A DNA stretch of 64,000 nt from the NCBI GenBank assembly GCA_938085445.1, contig CALKGR010000003.1, forward strand, positions 78,676 through 142,675, read 5' to 3'. Numbering within the stretch: the first letter of the stretch is position 1; the number at the start of each line of letters is the position of its first letter. The stretch comes from an uncultured Rubripirellula sp. (lineage in GTDB: Bacteria; Planctomycetota; Planctomycetia; Pirellulales; Pirellulaceae). A program made the position numbers and the translations under genes. A model generated the notes under the pieces. That model searched no databases, was not told where the DNA came from, and was given only the letters and a program-made list of their open reading frames with translations. Below are positions 40,305 through 50,411 of the stretch, in pieces.

Positions 40305-41100
40305 CTAGTCCACTTGGACTGGTGACACGAACCCACCGGGATTCAAGGCAAGCAGCGAGCAATTAACAACTGAGAGTACGATTTCTGTTGTATTGCCAAT
40401 GAGCAAACCTGCGGCACCTGTTCGACAGAGGGTACCCATCAAAAGCAGATCGGCATTGATGTGATTTGCAGCAGAGCGAATCACAGTTGCAGAGTTAACC
40501 TGATGAATGTGTTTATGCAGGGTGGGGGGAGTTGTTTCAGTATCGCCGAGGAGTCCGTTTAGCGATGTCTCTACGTTGGCTTGTTTGTTAGTGACAGCTG
40601 CATCGACCTCAGCGTCACCTCAATGCCTGCTCGTCCAGACTTCCGATGCCGTCCCGACATGCAGTTCAGCATTTTCCATTTCTGCCGATGCTAAGCCAAT
40701 TTCGATCATCTTTGGATTCAGATGGCGATGGGTGTCAGTGGATGCATCGAGATCGAGAGCAGGCAAAATTCGGTCAAACTGCCCGTTTCCATCTCATTTC
40801 CATAAACACAAAGGACAAGGGCACAGTCTCAACAGGGAGCGAGCGATTTCTCCAGATAATTTCCCAACGGTCTGTCCAGCGACAGATTTGACTACCAAGT
40901 CGTGTCCATCACGAATTACCTTCTTGACAATTTCAGTCGCTGGATCAGCTTCACCGACTGCGACGTTGATCTTTACTTCTGTGTCTTGGTACGAGTCAGC
41001 AATCTTTCGAGATGGTCTTTCACTATCAGTTGCTGTCGTTCTTCACTACCGGCAACGTTGGTTAGCAAACCCAAGGCGTGTGGGATAGGTTTGGCACAAG
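40305..41100 (-). pseudogene. UspE-like tandem universal stress protein pseudogene
   Basis: Hand translation DPATEIVKKVIRDGHDLVVK / IARSLLRLCPCP / ADLLLMGTLCRTGAAGLLIGNTTEIVL..LNPGGFVSPV*, with frameshifts and stops; 5' limit approximate. Confidence 0.8.
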
Positions 41101-41298
41101 GGGCGTAAGGAGCAAAGCGACCTGAGTACAAATTTTCGATATGAATTTACTGCGGTTCATCCAAATGGTGGATTAGATTGCATCTGGTGGATACATGGTC
41201 CCGATTCGAATGCCAGTTGCAGCCTCAGAAAGTTGGCGGGTACCATGACGGGTTGGGTATTAGAGATGCATGGGTGATTTGAACGCTAAAATTTTCAT

Positions 41299-43197
41299 AT
41301 GAATACTTTGAAAAATTGCAAAATTCTTGTTGCTGCCTGCGGCTTATTGATTGCTTCGTGCCATGTTGCCAGCAGTCAGGAAGCATTCGCGGAGGATTCT
41401 TTCCTTCGCGAGGTGGTGCCGTTTCTGAAAGTGCACTGCTATGAGTGCCACAACGCGGATGAACCTGAAGGTGGGATCGCTTTTGAAAAATACAATAAAA
41501 ATGCAAATGTTCAGGAGAGCTATGATCTTTGGGAGCAGGTGATTCGTTTGCTCAACGAGCATCAAATGCCTCCAGCTGATCAACCACAACCGTCGAAAAG
41601 CGAGATTGCAAAGGTGTCGCTGGCACTGGAAACCGTGCTGGAAAGTTTTGACTGTTCGGCGGATAAGCATCCTGGTCGGGTAACCATTCGGCGACTCAAT
41701 AAGGCGGAGTACAACAACACGATCCGAGATCTTACGGGTCTCGATCTGAAACTTGCAGACGGATTTCCTTCGGATGATGTGGGTGAGGGGTTTGATAATA
41801 TTGGTGACGTATTATCTCTTCCACCAATTCTGTTAGAGAAATATCTTGAGGCTGCTTACACTGTTGCTGATGGCATTTTCGAGGATACGAAACTGTCCAA
41901 ACGTATTTTTCCCCACGAATCAGCGTCAAACAATCTGTTGGCCCAAGCGCAGGCAGCGCGACTCAATATTCAACACTTCGCATCAAGAGCATTCAGGCGG
42001 CCTGTGACGCAGGATGAGCAGGTGCGGCTCTTCACAATCATGCGTGATGCGTGGGGGCAAGATGCTGAGTCTGAGGAAATTTATAAGACTGTGGTCGTGG
42101 CGGTCCTTACCAGTCCGCATTTTCTTTTCAGAATCGAGAAGGATCCTGAACAAGATGATGAGGATGGGATTAGACAACTTGATGGTTTCGAATTGGCTTC
42201 TCGACTCTCCTATTTTCTGTGGAGCAGCATGCCAGACCAACGACTAATGGATCTTGCCAAGACGGGTAAACTGATGCAACGTGATGTGTTGGTGACTGAG
42301 ACCAAACGCATGCTGCAGGACCCGAAGGCGACAGCGCTTGTTGAAAACTTCGCAGGTCAGTGGTTGCAGCTGCGTGATGTTACCCGACTGGAACCTGATC
42401 CTGATCTTTTTCCGTCTTTTGATGATGAACTGCAGCAATCAATGCGCAGGGAGACAGAGCTGTTTTTTCAGGCGATGATCACGGAAGATCGAAATGTACT
42501 GGAGTTTCTGACAGCCGATTTCACTTATGTCGATCAGCGACTTGCAAGCCATTACGGAATGCGACCCATCAAAGAGCAGGGTTTCCAACGCGTGAAATTG
42601 TTGAAGGGGCGACGCGGTATCCTCACGCATGCCAGTATTTTGATGCTGACGTCAAATCCGACACGTACCTCTCCCGTGAAGCGTGGAAAATGGATTCTCG
42701 ACAATATTCTCGCTGAACCACCACCACCTCCCCCTGCTGATGTCCCCGAGCTTGAAGAAGGGATTGAGACCTTAGGGTCGCTCCGCGAACAAATGGAGCA
42801 GCATCGAGCAAATGAATCTTGTGCCGTATGCCATCGTACGATGGATGCATTGGGCTTTGGTCTTGAGAATTTTGATGCGATCGGGGCGTGGCGAAATCGT
42901 GATGGAAAATTTGAAATTGATGCAAGCGGGGAATTACCAGGTGGTATCAGTTTCGATGGGGCAGATGGATTGATGAAGATCCTGACTGAGAATAAAGCTG
43001 AGCAGTTTTGTCGCTGCCTTGCTCAGAAACTGCTGATCTATGGTCTGGGCCGGGGCCTAACGACTTATGATCGTTGTGTTATCAATGATGCCTATTCACG
43101 CCTGCAGACAAATGAGTACCGATTCAGTGAACTGGTGATCGCAATTATTACAAGTGACCCGTTTATGATGCGGGAAGCGGTTTCTGTTGATGATTGA
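41299..43197 (+). CDS. Planctomycete DUF1592-family protein with c-type heme motifs
   Basis: CYECH, RRLNKAEYNNTIRDL, ELASRLSYFLWSSMPD, TSPVKRGKWIL, CAVCH. Confidence 0.92.
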   Translation: MNTLKNCKILVAACGLLIASCHVASSQEAFAEDSFLREVVPFLKVHCYECHNADEPEGGIAFEKYNKNANVQESYDLWEQVIRLLNEHQMPPADQPQPSKSEIAKVSLALETVLESFDCSADKHPGRVTIRRLNKAEYNNTIRDLTGLDLKLADGFPSDDVGEGFDNIGDVLSLPPILLEKYLEAAYTVADGIFEDTKLSKRIFPHESASNNLLAQAQAARLNIQHFASRAFRRPVTQDEQVRLFTIMRDAWGQDAESEEIYKTVVVAVLTSPHFLFRIEKDPEQDDEDGIRQLDGFELASRLSYFLWSSMPDQRLMDLAKTGKLMQRDVLVTETKRMLQDPKATALVENFAGQWLQLRDVTRLEPDPDLFPSFDDELQQSMRRETELFFQAMITEDRNVLEFLTADFTYVDQRLASHYGMRPIKEQGFQRVKLLKGRRGILTHASILMLTSNPTRTSPVKRGKWILDNILAEPPPPPPADVPELEEGIETLGSLREQMEQHRANESCAVCHRTMDALGFGLENFDAIGAWRNRDGKFEIDASGELPGGISFDGADGLMKILTENKAEQFCRCLAQKLLIYGLGRGLTTYDRCVINDAYSRLQTNEYRFSELVIAIITSDPFMMREAVSVDD

Positions 43198-43580
43198 CTG
43201 CTGGAGTCATCAAACTGAGCGGGTATCAGGAATACATCGGTTGCAACTCAGTTGAATGAATGTCACCAACTCATCCAATCGCTTGGTGCTGAGTTTTGGT
43301 AAATCAAAACTATGCCAACGTAATCAAAAGCGATGTGCACCTATCTAATATTCGAGTTGTCTCGACGCATAACGAAGTAAGAAATGCAATGGTGGCAATG
43401 GGTGAGGGCAGAACCAAGAAGCTTCAGAGAGGAAGGATGGGCTTAGGCAACCCAACACCGGACGCGCTGCAATGCATTTCAGCGTAAGGCTGACAATAGA
43501 GGACCACTGTCGGGATACTACGGTGCAGTGTTACACCAGGTGTGAAGGACATGTTTAACTAGCGGTATCGCGGATGCATG

Positions 43581-44462
43581 TCATTTATTTTGCCGTGATG
43601 ACTGCCGATTGTCTTTTTTGGGCAACCACGCAACGATACGGAGAGGGCCGCCACTACCGCCCCCAATCTTCATTGGTAAAGCGATGATTGTGGTTCCGGA
43701 AATTGGTAAGCGACTCATGTCGGCTACATTTTCAAAGGCTGGAATTTCGTGTTTGAACAGGATGACGTGGCTTTGAAATCGTGTTGATTGGCCAAAGTCG
43801 ATACTTGCGGTATCGAGACCAATGGCCTTGATAGCGCGGTGCTCAGTAAGCCATCGAGCGGCTTCCGGATCAAGTCCGGGGAAATGCAATTCAGCAACTG
43901 CTTCGGGCCCCAGTTGGTCTGTGCCGAGGTACTTTTTTCGATCCGGCCAATGTTGGGCATATCCAGTCCTAAGAAGGACAACCACATCGACTAATTGCCG
44001 TCCCGTCGTTTCTTCCCAAGCTCTCAAATCAGCAACGCTGATTTGGTAATCTGGATCTTGACGACATGCTGCTGTGACATCGATCACAGCAGCTTCACCC
44101 ACTAATTGTTGAAGTGGTAATTGATCAACAGATTTACCATGCTCATTGAAGTGGACAGGTGCATCGACATGAGTGCCACCATGTTCGGCTGCCATGAATC
44201 GATTCGATGAGTAGTAGTAACCTTTTTCCGTGATTTCCGCTTTGTCAGAGATTAAACGGAAACCATTTTCGGTTGGCCAATAGATGGTCTGCTTGTCGAA
44301 TGTGTGAGACAGGTCGATTAATTGCTGATTGGCGATGTCAATTTGCAGCGAACTGGAACCAGTGTCTTGCTTTTTTTGCTTGGAAATGCTCGTGTCATTT
44401 TCAAAGCCGGTGCAGATATTGAGGGAACTCAAAGTTGCGATGATACAGAGCAGGTATCGCAT
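43581..44462 (-). CDS. Cyclase family (kynurenine formamidase-like) protein, secreted
   Basis: EHGGTHVDAPVHF, HFPGL, GLDTASID, GGSGGPLR; signal-peptide start MRYLLCII. Confidence 0.9.
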   Translation of the reverse strand: MRYLLCIIATLSSLNICTGFENDTSISKQKKQDTGSSSLQIDIANQQLIDLSHTFDKQTIYWPTENGFRLISDKAEITEKGYYYSSNRFMAAEHGGTHVDAPVHFNEHGKSVDQLPLQQLVGEAAVIDVTAACRQDPDYQISVADLRAWEETTGRQLVDVVVLLRTGYAQHWPDRKKYLGTDQLGPEAVAELHFPGLDPEAARWLTEHRAIKAIGLDTASIDFGQSTRFQSHVILFKHEIPAFENVADMSRLPISGTTIIALPMKIGGGSGGPLRIVAWLPKKDNRQSSRQNK

Positions 44463-44664
44463 GTTACTTATCACTTTTCCACCTGAGCTGGCGATGGACG
44501 GTACGCCTAATGGGAGAATACGTACACTGCTATGTCCGTCAGGATCACTCTCTCCGATGAAATACCACATCAGAGGAAACCCGCTGCGCTACCAACAGTG
44601 TCTTCCCGTTTCTGGATATTTGACAATGACACTGTTGATCATCGGAGCAACTTGTCGAACCAAA

Positions 44665-45126
44665 TCACGGCTGGAAGGAATTCGCTGCCCCTAAGCCGCT
44701 CAATGCCTGACCACTGGCTTGAGATGTAAACGCAGACATTTGAAGGCTGAAGGTGCTGATGAAACCATTGATATCATTACTAAGCAAAGGACCAAAACTA
44801 GTAATTTTCGCGATGCCAGTGGACTGTGCGGCGACTCCGAGATCATTCGGCTGAGCGGTGACGTCACTCGTAGTTTTGCCATCTTGGGTATGGTGTTGAT
44901 CGGTTGCAAAGAGATTGAAGTTTGAACCGAAACCCGTGGCTACGATGTTCACAGAAATCCCGGCTGCCACATTTGACTTGGCAAACATACCGAGACCTCG
45001 AATTTTGGTGCCTTCGCTGTCTGACAGCACCTCGACATCATCGAGACCGAATGATGCTAAATCCTCGGCCTTGCACTCAAAAAGTGCCACGCATACAAGT
45101 GCCAAAAACAAAACATAGAATCTCAT
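44665..45126 (-). CDS. Secreted RGLG-motif paralog 1 (putative fibre subunit)
   Basis: Signal peptide then EDLASFGLDDVEVLSDSEGTKIRGLG; gapless homology to 49047-49526. Confidence 0.8.
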   Translation of the reverse strand: MRFYVLFLALVCVALFECKAEDLASFGLDDVEVLSDSEGTKIRGLGMFAKSNVAAGISVNIVATGFGSNFNLFATDQHHTQDGKTTSDVTAQPNDLGVAAQSTGIAKITSFGPLLSNDINGFISTFSLQMSAFTSQASGQALSGLGAANSFQP

Positions 45127-45767
45127 ATTTCTGAGCCCGTTTTTCATACGATAGAGATGGCGGGATAGGTTGCTGCTTCTTCCTAAGCGTCGGGAGTATA
45201 GTGGAAACCGGCGGGCATGTTTGGATGGGAAGGCGTGGTGGGCTGGGTTTAGCTGATTGGTTTGGAGGTCTGGGTATTTGAGGGTGTTTGGGGGGCTTTG
45301 GGTTGGCCTGTTCTTTGCCCAATTAGGCAGTATCTTCCGCTCTAAGGACAGTTCACTTTCTTTGGAAATTGTGCACCTGTACGCGTCCAGTTGTGGCTTT
45401 TCGCGAGGCTCGAATCGAAGTTCGGTTGGTGAGTTGTAGGTATTGTTCGTCCACTCGGTCTCAGCCCAACTCGCCTTTGGAATGTTAGCGTTGAACGTGC
45501 TTTTCAATAGTTACTGGAACCGCGAGTGAGATTACCAATCTGTTAGAGAACTAGATTTGGCTTAGATTATGAAGTTTGATGGAAGGCCTAAGAAGCTGAA
45601 TGTGGCGACTGGGGGCTATGCAGAAGATGCGTCGACCTTGATTGTTGGAAGTGTTGTGCTTGGGTTCGTTTAACGAAATGACCGATCCACTTCTTTAGAT
45701 CGGAGAACAGCGCAAGATGTTATCCATGCCGCCATTCACAACCTTCTAATGAAATGATAGGTGTACG

Positions 45768-46193
45768 ATGTATCGTTATTTTGCCGGTTTGGTGATCGCT
45801 ACCATCATCACACAAGTAGGGGTGGCGGACGAACCGGTTCGGGCCTATCGAATGACTCCTAAAGCTGCAGCGGCTCTCGGTCAATTTGGACTTGCCGACC
45901 TCAAGCCCATTACACGAAGGAAAGCTCGAGTTGTACGCGGTCTAGGTGGGGTAGCTTCGACCGGTGGCTTGAGTTTGGTCGTGGGTGCGATCGTCGATCC
46001 TGATACGTCCAGTAGTATTTTCGGAATCGATGCTAACTCAGCGATTTCACTTCTTGAGATCTGTGGACCGGTTGCAGAGACAGATCCATTCCACAATCAG
46101 GAATCAACGCTCAGTCTAGAGCTGGAGGTTGGATCCTTTTCGGCGGGGCTTCTGGGTGGTGCAGGAGGGGCAGCCCAGGCTCTCTTCCGTTGA
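45768..46193 (+). CDS. Secreted RGLG-motif paralog 2
   Basis: Signal peptide then LGQFGLADLKPITRRKARVVRGLG..GLSLVVGAIVDPDT. Confidence 0.75.
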   Translation: MYRYFAGLVIATIITQVGVADEPVRAYRMTPKAAAALGQFGLADLKPITRRKARVVRGLGGVASTGGLSLVVGAIVDPDTSSSIFGIDANSAISLLEICGPVAETDPFHNQESTLSLELEVGSFSAGLLGGAGGAAQALFR

Positions 46194-46249
46194 TAGCCGA
46201 TGCAGTGAGAACCATCGATCAGGTGTTGGGCCAGCGTTCACTAAAGTGA

Positions 46250-48619
46250 TCAGTAGTTGAGCCCGAGCAGGAAAGTAAAACCGAAAAGGTTCAGATATCG
46301 GTTATCAGCTCGCGAGAGCGTTTCGACACGGCCCCCGAACTGGTCGTCAGGGTCTGCTAAAAAAGCGTAGGATTGACTCATCGAGGCATGCTTTCCAGTG
46401 TCCCACGATTGAATTTCAAGACCTAGTCTGCAAATCCATAACGCGCGATTGCACAGGATTGGAGTTCGGTGTTCCAGTCCAAATTGAATCTGCGTTGCCA
46501 AGAGTGAGTTTTCGTCGTCCATACCTAATGTTGCCTTGTCTCGGCCACGGGCAATCCCTTGCGTGACGACTCCATCACCAGTAGAGACAACGGATTCCGT
46601 CATCGATTCGCTGTACGTGTCCGCCCACAGTGCAGATACCCTGAAGTTCGCGTAAAACCTCCATGGGAAGCAGGGTGATCCCAAGCCACAGGAATCACAG
46701 CCGCCACAGCCCCCGCAGTTGCCATAGCTGGAGCAATCTGATTGGCAGCAACCAAAACAACCGGTGCTACCTGGATCGATCATTCCGTAGGGCATCCTGG
46801 AGGGACTGCCTAGACACCATGGAATGGTCTTCCGAAGCTCCATAAAAAAGGTCGGTCCCAAACCTTGCATGCTGCGGAAGCTGCGTGTGTTTCCCGATGT
46901 TTCCAGCGAACCTTGTAGGTTGCTCGTTAGCGCTGTGAAATCACTCCCCTGATATTCAGCAAAGCGGACTCCACAAGCCGTCATTAGATCGCAACCTAAG
47001 AAGCAATACTTCTGCATCAGGTCAATATCAACCGTTTCAAGACCAACCTTGGATGTTGTTGAGTAAACAGGAGTGTTGTCTAGATCTTTCCATGCATCGT
47101 GGCCGCTGTAGCTTCCAGCATAGGTCCAGTATACGACGCGAAATCCAATGTTTTGCGATTGGATACCCAAAGTAAGGCGGTTACCAAACCCAAAAGCATC
47201 TTCACTTGAGTATTCATCGGTTTGGCTCGAGATCGTGTCAATCACACGAACCCTTGTTGTTCCTGGCGTTTCAGCTGCAAGAAAAGTGAACTCATTTCCA
47301 AAATACAAACCACAGGAAATTGATGAGCGAAAGCAGGATCCGAATTTGCCAGCCAAGTGCCCAATCATCTTTTTGTCTTCGTTCGCTGTGTCTTCTGGTG
47401 CTTGCTGCGTAGCTTCAGATTTTTCGTTGTCCTCTTTCTCCTCAGCTGCATCGTCACCGTTTGGATTATTTTCCTGAGGAAAAACGGGGGTCGCAGCCGG
47501 CAAGATTGGTTGCGTGGAGGTACCAGGAGAGGCAAGGATTGCAGAACCCATTTGCCATGCGTTGCGGTCTTGATCGGCTTGAGTATCGAGACTTGCCACT
47601 TGTGGCGGTGACGCGTTAAGCGGTGGAGTACTGCTAACTAGAGGCAGGTCGTCGCTATTGATTTCCTGAAAGTTATCCACTGGCAGAGAAAGACCAGAGA
47701 TCGCGGCGGTCGCATTGTCCACTGGAGGTAGTGTAAGAGGTGACGCCTCGTCAGTTGGCACCGGCTCCCAGTAACCTTCCTCATCAAGAATTTCGTCGTC
47801 CTTCGACAACGCGACCGCAACACTGATGGTCTCAACATTCTTGGTCGTCTCCCTCACGTACTGCTCTTGATTGGGAACTGTTGCTATGACCAATGGAGCG
47901 AAAATATCCTCGTCAAGCTTTTCAACCTGACCGCCGAAATCTTCTTCTTCAGCAGTGTCCTGTGAGTCATCAGCGATTGATTCGATTGTTTCCGCTTCTG
48001 CATTGGGTGACGTGGCCGGTACCTGAACGCCAAGGAGCCTGCGCCATTCTGCTAAACGCACAGTGGCAAGGTCATTGAACGCACTGTCGGTCCGACTGTC
48101 GAAATGGGCGTTCCGGTGAGCAAATGCGAGTTCCGAGGAACGCTGCTCAGTGACTGCTTCCTCAAAGTACGCAATCTGAGGGAATGCCGCTTTCGAAAAC
48201 AGTGGCTGTGGGCTTGCGTTTTTTGTGCCCTGAAGAAGAAGAGGGACATCATCGGACTCGGACGGTGATGAACCATCTAACTGTCCAACGCTGTGAAAAA
48301 ACTCAGTGCTTTGCAACAACTCACCACTTTGCAATAAATCACCACTTTGCAATGGCATTGAAGCGCTCTCGGTGCCACGAATTGCGGTTTCCCGAGGTCT
48401 TTTCAGCTCTATCGCTGTCGGTGGGGGAGAGATTGGTTGCAGTTGGGGAGGTTTCGTTGACGCATCTTTTGACTTCGATGATGCCTGCTGTTGCTTGTCA
48501 CGAGACTGTGAAACGCGATCTTTCATCACCTGATCGGGTAGCAGCAAAACCACAATTGCAAGCAGCAGTACAGCACTCAATGCCAGCAGCCATCGCTTCG
48601 ACGTTAGTCTATGGTCCAT
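46250..48619 (-). CDS. Large protein with N-terminal anchor, acidic disordered linker and C-terminal Cys-rich outer-membrane beta-barrel
   Basis: Alternating strands (GFRVVYW, CGVRFAEY), C-terminal FGFTFLLGLNY; CFGCCQSDCSSYGNCGGCGGCDSC loop. Confidence 0.7.
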   Translation of the reverse strand: MDHRLTSKRWLLALSAVLLLAIVVLLLPDQVMKDRVSQSRDKQQQASSKSKDASTKPPQLQPISPPPTAIELKRPRETAIRGTESASMPLQSGDLLQSGELLQSTEFFHSVGQLDGSSPSESDDVPLLLQGTKNASPQPLFSKAAFPQIAYFEEAVTEQRSSELAFAHRNAHFDSRTDSAFNDLATVRLAEWRRLLGVQVPATSPNAEAETIESIADDSQDTAEEEDFGGQVEKLDEDIFAPLVIATVPNQEQYVRETTKNVETISVAVALSKDDEILDEEGYWEPVPTDEASPLTLPPVDNATAAISGLSLPVDNFQEINSDDLPLVSSTPPLNASPPQVASLDTQADQDRNAWQMGSAILASPGTSTQPILPAATPVFPQENNPNGDDAAEEKEDNEKSEATQQAPEDTANEDKKMIGHLAGKFGSCFRSSISCGLYFGNEFTFLAAETPGTTRVRVIDTISSQTDEYSSEDAFGFGNRLTLGIQSQNIGFRVVYWTYAGSYSGHDAWKDLDNTPVYSTTSKVGLETVDIDLMQKYCFLGCDLMTACGVRFAEYQGSDFTALTSNLQGSLETSGNTRSFRSMQGLGPTFFMELRKTIPWCLGSPSRMPYGMIDPGSTGCFGCCQSDCSSYGNCGGCGGCDSCGLGSPCFPWRFYANFRVSALWADTYSESMTESVVSTGDGVVTQGIARGRDKATLGMDDENSLLATQIQFGLEHRTPILCNRALWICRLGLEIQSWDTGKHASMSQSYAFLADPDDQFGGRVETLSRADNRYLNLFGFTFLLGLNY

Positions 48620-49046
48620 GGCAGAAGCGTGTTCGCACTCGCATTGGTAGTAGTCGACAAATGAGGGAAAGCAGCCCTTTCCGTTCACCTTATCGATCCT
48701 GCAGGGATTGCCGCTTGAGCCGTCTTTGGGATTTGCGTTTTTTTTGTGCGTTAGGGCAAATGGGGTCTCTGGGCAGGCTCGGGGGGCTGGTTTCTCGCGT
48801 GGGGGGCGGTGATGCTTATAACGAGCGTTCTTGCCATCACATTTTGCGTGTGTCACCCCGATTTGCTCAGGTTGTTCAGTTTACAGTTCACCATTTTTAG
48901 TGGGTAACACTAAAAAATTGACCATTTTTTTGCCTGAGAGCAATTTTCAGGTTGCATCGATTTTGCGGCTGAATAATCTTTAGCATTCCTACATATTACC
49001 TGGCTTGCCTCGCTAGCCGAAACTTACACATTTGTGAATTGGATCC

Positions 49047-49526
49047 ATGAAGTACGCACTCACTCTCGCTGCAGTATTTGCAGTTCTTCCCTCTCTTTGT
49101 TCAGCTGAAGACATGGGAGCATTCGGACTCGGCGATGTCGAGGTTATCACCGAGGCCGAAGGCCAAAATGTTCGCGGTTTAGGAATGTTCGCTCGCACAA
49201 CAAGTGCTGCCGGCATTTCGATGAACATTCTCGACCCCAACACGGGCTCACAGTGGAATGTCTTCAACACTGCCTTCGATAGCTCTGACGACACCAAGTT
49301 GACTTCTGACGTTACTGCAGCACCTACCGGCTTGGGTGTTGGTGTTCAGAGCAGTGCTTTGGCAGCCATTTCCGAGTTGGATGTCACTATCGGAAACGAT
49401 GTTGATGGCGTTGTTAACTCCTTCTCCTTCACCGTCGGAGGCTTCGGTTCGAACGCTAACGGTCAAGCACTCGGCGGAAGCGATCTGCCTTTCACTTTCC
49501 AGCCAATCACCTTTAGCGCCCCGTAA
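49047..49526 (+). CDS. Secreted RGLG-motif paralog 3 (candidate major subunit)
   Basis: Signal peptide ..CSA|EDMGAFGLGDVEVITEAEGQNVRGLG; own terminator. Confidence 0.85.
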   Translation: MKYALTLAAVFAVLPSLCSAEDMGAFGLGDVEVITEAEGQNVRGLGMFARTTSAAGISMNILDPNTGSQWNVFNTAFDSSDDTKLTSDVTAAPTGLGVGVQSSALAAISELDVTIGNDVDGVVNSFSFTVGGFGSNANGQALGGSDLPFTFQPITFSAP

Positions 49527-49586
49527 TGATTGCGTCTCGTGATTAGCTGCCTGCTTTTTTTACTGCGGGCAACATTCGGTATTGAG

Positions 49587-49620
49587 AAGGTGATAGCAAA
49601 TTCTGCTATCACCTTTTTTT
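49587..49620 (+). terminator. Rho-independent terminator
   Basis: AAGGTGATAGCA-aattc-TGCTATCACCTT perfect 12-bp stem plus T run. Confidence 0.9.
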
Positions 49621-49640
49621 GTTTACGCGAACTTTAAGAG

Positions 49641-50132
49641 CTAGAAACGTTCCGCGTAGGCATAACCAGTACTCAAGATTGAACCGGTCATGAACCAGTT
49701 CGTATCTTGAATCGTTAAGTTTTGGTCTATCGAAACAGCTCGACTCGTCTCAGCAAATACAAAATCTGTCTCTGGCGTGCAGCAACAATCGTCAGCTTGA
49801 TTAGAGACGACCTGAGTATACTCAACCGCTCTTTCGCGGACTGTACTTCCGGTAGCAGGATCGAATAGTGTTCCAGAAACAAGGCTGAATCCCTGCTGTT
49901 TTGCTAGCAGGCCCAAACCTCGCACAGCATTACCTTCGCTGTCGGTCATGGATTGAAGTGTTGAAAGGCCAAAGGCCTGCAAGCCTTCGGCATTAACGCT
50001 CTGAGTAGCCATGGTGGTGAACCAAGATAGGGTCAACAAGATGATTTTTAAGTGACCAAGCAAGGTAATCTTCCTTCTGGTGACGGCGAAACTCAATTCA
50101 ATTGTGGAACAGCCGATCGTCGTGAAACACAA
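49641..50132 (-). CDS. Secreted RGLG-motif paralog 4
   Basis: ..SVNA|EGLQAFGLSTLQSMTDSEGNAVRGLG..GFSLVSGTLFDPATGS; start uncertain. Confidence 0.75.
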   Translation of the reverse strand: MCFTTIGCSTIELSFAVTRRKITLLGHLKIILLTLSWFTTMATQSVNAEGLQAFGLSTLQSMTDSEGNAVRGLGLLAKQQGFSLVSGTLFDPATGSTVRERAVEYTQVVSNQADDCCCTPETDFVFAETSRAVSIDQNLTIQDTNWFMTGSILSTGYAYAERF

Positions 50133-50411
50133 TTCCGGCTACTGCGTTCATTCGAAGAGTAACGCAAGCACCACATTTTGGCTCAGTGATTTTCGCTCTG
50201 TTGGTGGGGAAGATTAGAAGCTCAGAGGGAAAAAGAGCTTTGTAGGGAATGTACATGCCGCGCAGTTTGCAAAGTGGGCGCTCACCCTGTATCGCTATAT
50301 TCCGGATAATCGATTCAGTTTAACGTCTGTCCAGGCCGATACCTCAAAACAGCGGCACCGGTGCGGTGTCATTTGCTGGAGATTTGTACCAGTTAATGAG
50401 GATTGAGGGAC

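Noticed and set aside
40507..41088. 193-aa + strand ORF
   Set aside because: Shadow of the minus-strand UspE-like pseudogene
45127..45507. N-terminal extension of the 280-aa ORF
   Set aside because: The signal peptide and paralog alignment begin at ATG 45126; the extension is read-through of a C-rich intergenic tract
48620..48856. Extension of the 868-aa ORF, and a possible c-di-GMP riboswitch
   Set aside because: The hydrophobic anchor begins after ATG 48619; I could not build the GEMM two-hairpin consensus
44665..50132. Canonical FapB/FapC or curli subunits
   Set aside because: No N/Q-rich imperfect repeats visible in any of the four paralogs
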